From Lytechinus pictus (Eukaryota), in NCBI RefSeq assembly GCF_037042905.1, contig NC_087251.1, forward strand, positions 45,448,001-45,512,000: a DNA stretch of 64,000 nucleotides, given 5' to 3'. Shown one piece after another: positions 40,801-52,368 of this stretch (positions within the stretch are counted from its first letter, which is position 1; each line of letters opens with the position of its first letter). Position numbers and translations under genes: made by a program. Under the pieces are notes generated by a model. The model was given only the letters and a program-made list of their open reading frames with translations. It ran no database searches and was not told where the DNA came from.

Positions 40801-41954
40801 TATAGGAAAAACGAATGATAACTGTTGATGATAGATGTGGAAATTTATGCTTCATATTGGGACCAAAGAGATTCTGGCGTACGTGTCAACATTTCAAAAC
40901 TCATGCGGGAAAATAATATAATCATTTTTTATGATTGAAAATAAAGTGCCAAGTTCACACTGTCACGATTTTTTTTGGTGGCGGCCGGTGTTGAGGAAAA
41001 TTTGACAAAGCAAAAGAAAAACATTTAAAAGGGTTACAATACAAAATGTTGGTAATTTTCCTACATTTATCCAATTCGACACCTACCAGAATTCCAGGGG
41101 GAGCTGCCTACATGGAAAATAATACACGCCACACCCCATTGTAAAATCTTGGGGTGCTTTGCACCCCCGGTTCCAAGCGGCCATAATTATAATCGCGGAA
41201 TAATTAATCGTATCAGATCAGTCGAGGCGATCGTATTGATCGTAGAAAGTGTTGGAATGGTTCAAGTTTACTATGTGGTGATGTGGCTTTTTTGCAGGAT
41301 TTTCTGCATTTATTGGAAGAATATACAAAACAAATTTACAATGCTTGAGACATGATCATATATGTAGTGAATGGAGAAATACAATATATAAAAAAATATA
41401 TATATAATGAGTAAAATGCAGAGGCAAACTATATAAGCAAATATGTGCTTGAAGCATAGCCGCCAAAACATAAATTAAATTTCGAAACAAGACAAAAATA
41501 AAATTGTTATTTTTGGGCAAGCCCCATCTGGCGAGGTTTAATGGGTATACACTTTTTCTGATCATGGACCCTGATGTTCTTAATTTATGATGATGTAATG
41601 CACATGTGCTGCCGATGAAAATATAATATTTTGCCTTTATGGGTGTTTTACAACTCCAGGGGGCATCAATGAGAATACAGTAATACATGTAGTTCTGAAT
41701 ACGCACTGAGAGAAGTGAAGGCAAAGCGGTCATGGAGCATGCAAGCAAACGAGTAATTATAATTCATTGAATAGTCATACCATAATAAAGTTGGAGAGGA
41801 TAATATTGAAATAAAGAGAAAGATAACATTGAAAAATGCGAACATAAGGAATACACACAACCCCAACCCAAGGCTAGGAATTGTGTAAACATCGAAATAT
41901 ACAGAAAGATGTTAGGAACCATGCTTGAACTATTCATGAATACATAGCTTCAAC

Positions 41955-42152
41955 CATTGGCGTAAATAATAAACATAAAAAATATGAAGGGGCCAGATAT
42001 ATGTGTCGGGCACAAATCATTTTTTATCGGTGATAGATTTTGACATAATATTCAGATAATAGGTCCCCGTCTTGCTTTCTTTTTGTCTTGGCCGTGACAA
42101 ATTTGGGAATCCATATAGCCCCAATCCTTCCCCATTATTTTGAACGCCACTG
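41955..42152. mobile_element. Degenerate hAT-like MITE
   Basis: TIR cattggcgt / acgccactg, flanks gcttcaac / atttcaac (6/8 match). Confidence 0.5.
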
Positions 42153-43689
42153 ATTTCAACTGAATATCGTCAAAAAATATTGATTGATTGATTTTATTTC
42201 GCAAGTCACCATAATATATATACAGTAGCATTAAAAACAACAGGCTTACACAGGATGACCCACGAAAGCTCGAAAGCTATTTTCCAGTGGGAAATAGGCT
42301 TTACCTTGTAAATAAATATTACCTTGGAAATAAGCTTTACCTTGTAAATAAATATTTACAAGGTAGTCAAACTGACAGCAGATGCAGCGTGTAAACACAG
42401 TATGAATTTCATTACATGATAATAATAAAATGATAATTACGTTATGTCATGGGTGGTGAAACAAGGATGGGACGTTTTGTAATTCGCTACGCAGGTTTTT
42501 GATAGTAAAGCTGATGAAATAGAGGGTTGAAAGTAAAATAATGAGAAAGACTGAAACGAAACGATCTATTCAAAATATAAATTCCATGAAAGAGAAGCGA
42601 TTCAAACAGAGTATTATATTGCATTTATATTCCCTTTGATTCATATTATTTTGATTCCCTTTCAACAATCTACTTCTTTCTTCCTTTCTTCTCTCTCCTC
42701 CATGTCCCCCTTCCCTTTCTTGGGGCGGCGGGGGATGGGGGGGGGGGGGGTATCGGATATGAGGAAGCATGCAGTTTAGGTGTTATGGCACACTCAGACA
42801 AGTTCAATTCAGTGGCCTAGTAGGTACATTGGTAAATTGTCAATTCGTCGCCTGCCAAGTGCCAACTTGTCCACTCACCACATGGTCCAATTTAATTTAG
42901 TCTATAGCCATTCCGTCCATCAATATTTCGTCGAACAACTATTTGGTCCATTATCCAATTCATTTTCATTCATTTTGCACAATAGCACGTTGTCCAATTA
43001 GACCAAATGGTATATGGACTAAATGGCTATTGGACCAACTGGTTACTAGACGATAGTGGATGAACATATGGTAGACTTTAATGATAGTAGGCGAGTTGGC
43101 AATTTGACGATTTGGCATCAGACGAAATGCATGGAAGTAAAACGATCTGATCCATGGACTTATATAGTATCACACCGGTATAGATAAAGAGGTTCAAAAC
43201 TGGAAACGATGCCCGACGGACATGCGCATATCCAGGATTTTGCACCACGAGGGGGTCACTATTTTTGCGCCCCTGTGAACTTTTCGGAAAATTACACCCC
43301 GACCCGACCAGTCAGGCAATCATAAGTGCCTAAATGCATTTTGAATTGTCTTATTCCACAATCACGTGAAAAAAGGCAATCGAAGACCATTTTTTTAATG
43401 TGTTCATGTAAAAAAAGATCAAAGTTGTATCCACTTCTTGAAAAGAATAAATGCGACCAGAAAGCATAGAATTTTTAAGCGTTTTGGGGTTTCAATTTAG
43501 TTCAACTTTTCATCAGAGTGGTAGACCACACTAAAATTATGTGCGGGAGCTGTAATTTCTTAACCGGGGACAGATCCAGCTTTCGTCAATAGGGGAGGGG
43601 AATATTTTCATCTGTTTTCCGATCAAACATTCTACGCTTTTTGCAACCGTGAACATGATATGTATATGAATTATTTAAACAATTATTAT

Positions 43690-44400
43690 TGATACGAGCG
43701 CGAAACGTGAGCGAATTTTTATTTATATTCTGAAAAAAAATCTATGAGCACTTTTGGCAATCAAGAACAGGATAACTGGGTATCTATCAACATTTTATGC
43801 GATCACGAAGTGCGAGCTGACAATTTTTGAATTTCCAATCCAACACTGGACATCATAAGCACTTTTTATAACCATGAACAGGATGGGTATGTAGCTAAAT
43901 AATTAATGTGAGCGCTAAGCGCGAGTTCATTTTTTTTGATATTCTGACCTAAAATTTGTGCGAGTGCGAAGCGCGAGCTTAAAAAGTAATTGACATTTTG
44001 ACCTAAAATTTTGACATTCTAAGCACTTTTGGTAATCATGAACAGGATTGTTATCTAACTAAACATTGATGCGAGCGCAAAGAGCGAGATGAACATTTTT
44101 CATATTCTTACCTAAAATTTGTACATTTGAGTAAGCATTTTCGGTTATCATGAAAAGGATGATCAGTAACAAAACAGTTTATGCGAGCGCGAAGCGCGAG
44201 CTGATTAAAATTCTATATATATTTCGATACAAAGTCAGACATTCTAAGCACTTATCTTACCATGAACAGGATCGCCACCTTACTAAACAATTAATGCGAG
44301 CGCGAAGAGTAGGATGAATTTGTTTTTTTGTTTTTATATTCTGATCTAAAATTAGGCACTTCTGGTAATCATGAACAGGATTGGTAATTGATGGGAGCAA
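43690..44400. repeat. About 110-bp degenerate tandem repeat containing gcgagcgcgaagcgcgagc
   Basis: Motif at about 43694, 43799, 43908, 43960, 44071, 44183 and 44297. Related arrays at 46125-46480 and 48030-49380. Confidence 0.85.
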
Positions 44401-44484
44401 ACATGAGTTTGGCACCCCCTCCCCTCCCTAGGTAAATTGAACCTGAATTTTAAGTAACCGAGACAAATATCAAATTGGCGTGTG

Positions 44485-45375
44485 GTGAACATCCATTCGG
44501 CACCCCCTAGGTTGAACATCAAATCGGCGCCCCTATATGTCAAACAGCAATTCGGCAACCCTACGAAAAAATATCGATTCGGCGCCCCCTTAGTGCCCCT
44601 ATGTCGAACTTCGATTCGGCACCCTCCTATGTCGAACATCTATACGGCTCCCCGAGGTAAAACATCAATTTGCTCCCCCCCCTACCTAGGTTGAACATCA
44701 ATTTGGCACCCCCTAGGTCGAACATCGATTTGGCGCCCCCTAGGTCGAACATCTATTCGGCGCCCTATATGTCAAACAGCAACTCGACAACCCTAGGGAA
44801 AATATTGATTCGGCGCCCCTCAGTGCCCCTATGTCGAACATTTATACGGCGCCCCGAGGTAAAACATCAATTCGCCCCCCCCCCAGGATGAATATCAATT
44901 TGGCACACCCTTGGTCGAACATCAATTCGGCGCCCCTAAGCAAAACATAAATTCGGCACCCCCTACATGCTCTAGGTTGAACATCAATTCGGGGCATCCC
45001 CCCATGTCAAACAGCAATTCGGCAACCCTACGAAAAAATATCGATTCGGCGCCCCCTTAGTGCCCCTATGTCGAACTTCGATTCGGCACCCTCCTATGTC
45101 GAACATCTATACGGCTCCCCGAGGTAAAACATCACTTTGCTCCCCCCCCCCTACCTAGGTTGAACATCAATTTGGCACCCCCTAGGTCGAACATCGATTT
45201 GGCGCCCCCTAGGTCGAACATCAATTCGGCGCCCCCTAGGTCGGATATCAACTCGACGCCTCTTAATTCGAACCACATTTCGGCTCCCCTATCTATGTTG
45301 GACTTAAATTCGGCGCCCCTAGGTCGATTATCGATTCGGCGCCCCCCCCCCTAGGTCGAACACCAATGCGGCGCT
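44485..45375. repeat. GC-rich minisatellite, 29-30 bp unit (aattcggcgccccctaggtcgaacatc), with higher-order duplication
   Basis: Roughly 30 degenerate units. Block 44536-44750 recurs almost identically at 45005-45220. Confidence 0.9.
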
Positions 45376-46064
45376 TCTTATTCCCTCCTCTCTTTCTTGC
45401 CCCTTTCTCTTCTTCTCTCCCTCCCTTTTCCTCCCCTTTTCTTTCCTTCCCTTTTCTCCCTTATTTGGCGCCCCCGAATACGCGCATGGTAGAGCTACGG
45501 ATATAGAGAAATAAGGACAAAGATGTAATGAAAATATAAAAACTCTTGAAATACTTTACGTTTTCTAGGCAAACAAGAATCCAAACTCCAAAGCGTATAA
45601 ATAACGCCCGGCTGAATATACCTCCATTTGCATCCTGTTTGATATGCTTTCCTGTAAGTTCCATTGTAGGCAAAATAAAGGGCAAATGTAAGTCTGCTTT
45701 ATTTGAGAGGGTGTAAAAAAATACCAGCGAGTGCGATAGGCGGCGGAACGTATTTTCAATCTTTTTTTTTTTTGGGGGGGGGGGGCAAAGCCAAAAAAGG
45801 CACTTATATGCAAAATTTTGCATTTTTTATGCAAACTGATATTTTCACCATGAGATTATCATCTGTGTTAAGTAGTTGTGCGTTTTGTAGTAAATAAATT
45901 GAGCAAAACCTTTTTAAAGTCTTTTCTGATTAATAAAATATCTATTTAGGCTTTATTTTTCTGGGAGCGAGCGTAGCAAGCAAGCAGTTTGAACATTTTC
46001 AAATCTGAAGTTGTGAAACTCGCCGCTCAACAATTTTGGTCAAATCGCGCAAATTATTGCGAGG

Positions 46065-49028
46065 CAGTGGCGTACCGTGGGTCACGGCATTGGGGGGCAC
46101 CAGCAAAAATTTTGAGTCACTTAGTGAGCGCGCGAAGCGCGCTCAGTTGTCAGGTATACTGACCTAACAGAGACATTTTGAGGAAGCACTTGTAGTCATT
46201 GTAATCATGAATAACATACGCATCTTAGCAATCAAATAATGCGAGCGCGAAGCGCGAGCTGAACATTTTTGATATTCAGACCTAAAAAGGGACTTTATAA
46301 TCAAATTTTTGTGATCATGATACGTACCTGTCTCGCTAAACAATGCGAGCGCAAAGCGCGAGCCGAAATTTTTTGCATATATTGATCCCAAACAGGGAGA
46401 TCTTAAGGACTATATTTTAGGAATCTCTTAATAGTATACATATCTCACCATAGTCATCTAATGCGAGTGCCAAGCGCTTGCTGATTTTGTTAGAATTACA
46501 TTTAAAGTTGAATTAAGAAGGGGGTGAGTTTCCATAAATATAGGTTCTACATACAATATATAGTATATATAAGTTGTTCAAACACATAGCATGTCACAAT
46601 AATCCTCTGCCTTCTCGATATTTTGCTTTGAAAGTCTATGAAATTAGCCACCTGTCAGAGCCCGAGAGACGAGTGTACAGAAAAGTCACTCGGAGTGTGA
46701 CGTCACCGGGGGGAATTTAGTATAAGAGGTGCCTGAATGTCATACAGAAATGCTATGCAGAGAGAGAAAGATATTTTACAATTTTTTTTCAAAGCAACTC
46801 AAATCAAACAAATAGGACTGATATGTACAAATCTTTACTTTCCCTGTATAAAAAACAGTATGAATAACCACCATGAACTCTTCAATCATGATGTAAGATA
46901 GCAAACAGTGAGTTATTGAATGATATTTTCACTATTTCTCATTTATTTTATCACGATGTTCAATCAAGTGAGTAGCTGGAAAGTAATTCCGGCGGCTAGC
47001 TCAGCGCGCGCTGAACGCATAATACTAGTACACACAACACCCAGGCATTGAGTGTACTGTTATGGTCTGGTATGTCGACTTAGTTCATGGCCGTGCAGCG
47101 ATCCCCTGGCGTTTTTTTCTTCTTTTCTTTTGTCTTTGACTCCACTTTTATATCCTCTGGATCATTTCCACTCATAGCTCATTCCACAGAACAATCTTGA
47201 ACCAAACGTATAGTATTCTTTCTCGGCCTTCTGAGTTGTTTTCTATATTTAATTACGCTAGGGGTCACCGTCACACATACAAACGCAATTCGGAAGTGAG
47301 TTGAAGACAGAAAGATATATAGTAATTAGTATACATCTCTATGGTTGAAGACAACAAGAACGGTACGGTAGCTCGACAGCTAGCTGCGCCGGAGCGGGCG
47401 GCCGGTCGGCACAAAGCAATTCCGCAACCAACTGTGTTTTTTTGCAAGAGCCGCGTCACACGCGGATAAATATGTCATAATAACACGTCTGCTACGTTAT
47501 CGACTGGTGAGAAGATCTCGATCAAATTTCATATTATTCACCTTGAAATTATTCCTTTAGGGTCTATGGTATCATTCTTAGGGAATTCACATATTTGGAA
47601 TAATAGTACGGCCACAAATATTTTAATCATTTCCTCTTTGCAAGTTCTATGGCTCGCAGATACAACTTCAACTGCAGTTATTCCATATGAAGGAGTACGT
47701 GCATAGTACACAAAACGGCACTGCCTTGTTTACTAAACCGGGACCGAATACCCCCCGGTGACGTCACACTCAAAGAACACCCGTCTCGGTAGGCATTGCA
47801 GGAGCGAACTCAGGGAAAATGGGTACGGATAAATCGTTCAAATTCACTATTTTGAAAAAAGAAAATGGGGGGTCGAATCACCTATTAGTGTTTGGGGGGT
47901 TGTAAGGTTGCTATTAATGTAAATATCTCAATATTTGGAATCGTCTTCTTAATTCAACTTTAAACACATCTGAAACACTTGTAGTCATTGTAATCATAAA
48001 TAACATAGGCATCTCACTAATCAAATATTGCGAGCGCGAAGCACGAGCTAAATTTTTTTAGGAATTTCAAACATGAAGAGGGGCAATTTAAGGCTTGTTT
48101 GTAGGAATTCGCGAAACCATACGTATTTCAATAACCAAATGATGCGAGCGCGAAACACGAGCTGAAATTTGTGTATATATTGACCCAAAACAGGATTTTT
48201 TTTTAAAGGAATCCATTAAGAGTATACATATCTCACTATAGTTATGTAATGCGAGTGCCAAGCGCTTGCTGATTTTGTTAGAATTACATCTGAACACATG
48301 AAGCACTTTTTGTAGTCAATGTAATCATGATTATCATACGCATCTCACTAATCAAATATTGCGAGCGCGAAGCGCGAGCTGAAAATTTAATAATTCAGAC
48401 CTGAAGCGGGCAGTCTAAGGCTTGTTTGTAGAAATTCACTAAGACCAAACGTATTTCACTACCCAAATGATGCGAGCGCGAAGCGCGAGCTGAAAATTTT
48501 GGATATTTAGATCAGAAAAAGGGACATTTCAAGGACTGATTTTAGGAATTCATTGAGAGCAGACATATCTCACCAATCCACTGAAGCGAACGTAATCACG
48601 GACAGGAAATGTTTTATATTAAGACCTTAACATGGGGCAATCACTTTAAGTAGTCATGAAAAAGAACCATATGTCACTACATAAAACAATAATATATTTG
48701 GTGTATATTGACTTGAAAACGGGAGGTTTTCGTACAACAGGTTTATATATCTCTTTAAACAGACAATGCGAGCACCAGGAACAATGAAGACATGGAACCT
48801 GAGCAAATTATGTTTCATAAAGTTATGATAAAAAATGTTTCCTATGTAAAATAACATAACATGATTATGATACAATATACAATCATAATGAATAATAATT
48901 TCTTCTTTCCCACTACGTTCCTCTTCCTTTCTCCCTCTTTTTATCCTTTTCCCCGTTTTTTTTTTTTTTTTTTTTTTGGTAAGCCGATTGGGGCCGGGCA
49001 CGTGCCCCCACCCATAGTTACGCCACTG
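46065..49028. mobile_element. Non-autonomous hAT-like element with internal 110-120 bp tandem repeats
   Basis: TIR CAGTGGCGTA / TACGCCACTG, perfect 8-bp TSD TTGCGAGG (46057-46064, 49029-49036). Confidence 0.88.
46506..47959. mobile_element. Kolobok-like non-autonomous element nested in the hAT element
   Basis: TTAA|AGTTGAATTAAGAAG...CTTCTTAATTCAACT|TTAA. Interrupts one repeat unit of the host (compare 48280-48320). Confidence 0.88.
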
Positions 49029-49666
49029 TTGCGAGGTGTTAAGAGCGCAAATCGCGAGCTATAAATTCTAGACATTGCATGTACTAACATGACTAATAAG
49101 ACATGAAAATCAAACATTTCCGAGCAATTTTGTTATGAAAAAGATGTGCATCTAATTGGAGAATGGACGCGAGCGCGATATTCCAACCAGAAAACTGGAC
49201 ATTCTAAGCACTTTTTTGAACCCAAGAACTTAATTGTGTGTCTTAATAAATAATAATTGATGCGAAGCGCGAGCCGAAAATTTGTAATATTTCAACCTGA
49301 AAACTGGATATTCTAAGCAGTTTGAAACCGAGAACATAATGTGTACCTTTGATGCGAGCGGAAAGCGCGAGCTGAAGATTTGTGACATTTCAACCTGAAA
49401 ATTGAACATTATAAGCACAAGTTGTAACCAAAACAAAGTGAGTGCCTTACTAAAAAAATAAATGATGTGGGCGCGATATTTTTTACCATTTCGATCCATC
49501 ACATGTTTGCATTTTTTTTGTCCGTCGATATGCCCAGCGCTGAGAGGTCATGCCAAAACGTGATTTTGCATGAAGTACATTCGCTGAACCATCATCGGAA
49601 CTTCGGAATCACACAGAGATGGAAGACCCCTTCCCCAAATAGTTCCGCCTAGCTGTATGTCCTCGA

Positions 49667-49698
<32 letters not shown>

Positions 49699-49822
49699 AT
49701 AAGACATCACAAATGCGAAACACAAATTAAGTTCTTTTATTCACTCTCGAAATTTTCGGTACACATCTACCTTCTTCAGGGAAGATTCTTGAATTGTGAC
49801 AAGTTTGAATGACAGTTGTTTT

Positions 49823-49824
<2 letters not shown>

Positions 49825-49895
<71 letters not shown>

Positions 49896-49929
49896 CATAT
49901 ATATATATTGATTGATTGATTGATTGATT
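49825..49929. repeat. (TA)n microsatellite followed by (ATTG)n
   Basis: Directly visible. Shorter (TA)n tracts at about 24826-24870, 28430-28453, 33856-33880 and 49665-49700. Confidence 0.95.
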
Positions 49930-50789
49930 CTTTATTTCCATGCAAAAATAAATCATACAACAGAAAATATATTGACAATTTTTCACGGTAAAATAACAAT
50001 AAACAATCATTGCAAGGGAGGGAACAGTCATAAGCACAAAGGCTTGAAAAGGACGCCCCTCAGTTTTATCACCATGATAAGTACATAATTTTATTATCCG
50101 AGCCCATGCAGCGGACCAAGGAGGAGTGGGTGGAGGGAGAGGCACCTAGGAGACGTCATACTTGTTCTTGTTCAGTATATACTACCATAACAAGTTGAAA
50201 AGAAAAATACAAAGAGAAACTTGGAGGGGATCGATGTTACATTGTTATAACAACGCACCGGTATCATAGGCGGATCCAGGAGGCAAACGTTACGCCCCCC
50301 CCCCCCTCCGATATTGGCAGCGCAAAGTAATATGAACGAAAGCAGAGGGGGGGGGGAATATTAGAGGAAGAATGAATAAAATATGGTGAGGGGAATTCAG
50401 ACTTGGGGAGGGGTGGGAGCCAATCATGTCACTACACATGTATAAAAATAATTTAGCCCGCGCTTTGTGTTCGCATTGCCTGTTCGATGGAACATCTATT
50501 CATCTATACCAATTCATTTATTGATTTATTCATTCAGTCATGGTTAAACAGGTTCACAAGTTCAGAGTTATTTGTATATAAAATCATAGTAACAAGTACA
50601 ATAACAAGGTATAATTCATATCAAAATAGTATGAGACATAAAGAAATATTAACTGATCAATGTAATACAAAACACGGAAACATTGTTTAAGGGCTTATAG
50701 TAAAACGAACAAGGGAACTAAATAGGCCTTTACTAATTCAAAATTTTGGGCACCTTATCCGTCAATTCGTCAAAATTTAATGATCCTCA

Positions 50790-50917
50790 TTACCAGGTCC
50801 CTCGGAGAGGACCTTAAGCCATTGGTCCCCTGGTTGCTTGTTCACAGGCATTCGTGCTTATTTAGCAGTCAGGTAAAAAACCTCGATATAAGATATAAGA
50901 TAAGATAAGATAAGATA
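50790..50917 (+). mobile_element. Retroposon (SINE/LINE) 3'-end fragment with (TAAGA)n tail; inverted sibling at about 39830-39905
   Basis: gaccttaagccattggtcccctggttgcttg...ttagcagtcaggtaaaa is the reverse complement of 39836-39904, followed by a pentanucleotide tail. Confidence 0.5.
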
Positions 50918-52368
50918 TTGCTCAGATCAATTTTCAGGACACAATACACAGTTCGAAAATAATACCTCACGCTGCCGATCGATCGGGAAAAATGTGGATG
51001 AAAATATTGTTCACCCCGGCCCCGTTATTAGTGAAAGCTGCATCCGCCCCAGAATATATTGTTTAAAAAAAGGAGGGAACACTAGGCCACGCGGTATTTG
51101 TCATTTTTTAGTGATCAATACATTGAGGCAGTATATTGACAAATAATCAGTGGAAGAGAAAGAGCATCTTATAGGCCTATAACGCACAAATCAAAATAAT
51201 GAAAAATTGCGGCCAAGCTAGTTCAATACAAAATTATTTCCTTTTCCTTTGAAAAATCTTATTCTATTACAACACGTGATAATAATGAACAAATCGAAAT
51301 ACAGAACCTGAAGAATTGATAACAATTCCGTGAATCAGAATCGAAACAAAAATGCATATGTATATATAATAATAAAATAGAAATAAAACATTTAAAAAAA
51401 ATAAGAATAGACCTTTCACAAGCAACCATAATTCTCCCTCCCTTCATACCCTGGACAAGTAAAGAAGAAAAAAATACAGCTAGAGAAACGAAGCAAAGAT
51501 GAAAAGCAAGGAAAGGGAAGGAAAGCCGTCTCTCGGTACCTGGTACTCTGCCCAGATATCCAGATGTAGGACCTATTCTCCGCGATTTGAAAAACAACGT
51601 GCATAACATCACAATTATTATGATGGTCATTTCAAAAAGTTCCTTGGTTGTTTCCAAGTTCATTTGTATTTGCCGTCGAGGGACTGCGCGAATGTACACG
51701 CTCCTACAGGAAATGAATGAAAAAGACGCAAATAGACTCAGCCGTTCAATCCGATACTGTAGGCCTACTGTACATGGCCTAGCCGGTATACAGATCGGCA
51801 CGTGAGACTAGCGCAGAGGCGATGGATATGAATATTCATGAGGAGGTATTGACGTAATTTGGTCTCAAGATGGCGCTCTTTATTTGTGATATCAATTATA
51901 AATAATGCATCAAAAGAAAGCTCACATGGCAAAATTTCTCTTCTTTATATATTTTTTGAGAATAAAAACAGTTCTTTCTGACCAATGCAATACATTGTAT
52001 GGACTCAGAACTTGTTTATGAGTATTGTGAAAAGCGAAGAGTGAAATCTAAAAGAAAGTTTTGAAATAAACCAATGTCACAATTTACCTTTAAGACCAAC
52101 TTATCATCGGGGTGAACTTCCCCTATAAAATTTTAGAATTTTCAATAACATACAGACTAAAACCTTTAAATGTTTATTTTTTTAAGTTGATAGCACTACT
52201 CCAAATGATATTGCCAAGTGACCTGAAATTATATTTATCCATTTGACAATAGTTTCATGGAACATGCACTTATACTTTGAGAATCATCTTGAAAATTCAA
52301 AATCTGAACAAATGGTTGAATTTTTGTGTTGATATTTATAACAACATGCAAAATGATTCAAGTTCATT

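Larger units (their letters stand above)
38408..52089. mobile_element. Putative 13.7-kb TTAA-flanked Kolobok-like element swollen by nested insertions
   Basis: TTAA|AGGTATAGTGTATGATTGGTT ... AACCAATGTCACAATTTACCT|TTAA (imperfect TIR). The outer flanks rejoin into one continuous TIR of an older element. Confidence 0.6.

Noticed and set aside
44485..45375. CRISPR-like regularly spaced repeats
   Set aside because: Units are contiguous without unique spacers, there are no cas genes, and the context is eukaryotic; it is a minisatellite.
43221..45488. Element bounded by CATGCGCATATCC / GAATACGCGCATG
   Set aside because: No target-site duplication (ccgacgga versus gtagagct), so the pairing is unproven.
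43690..49380. Repeat-spacer appearance of the gcgagcgcgaagcgcgagc arrays
   Set aside because: The spacers are homologous to one another, so these are degenerate tandem repeats within transposons, not a CRISPR array.
43564..51052. One large hAT element bounded by inverted ggggcggatccagcttt-like ends
   Set aside because: Flanking 8-mers (tttcttaa versus aatatatt) do not match; more likely two separate fragments in opposite orientation.
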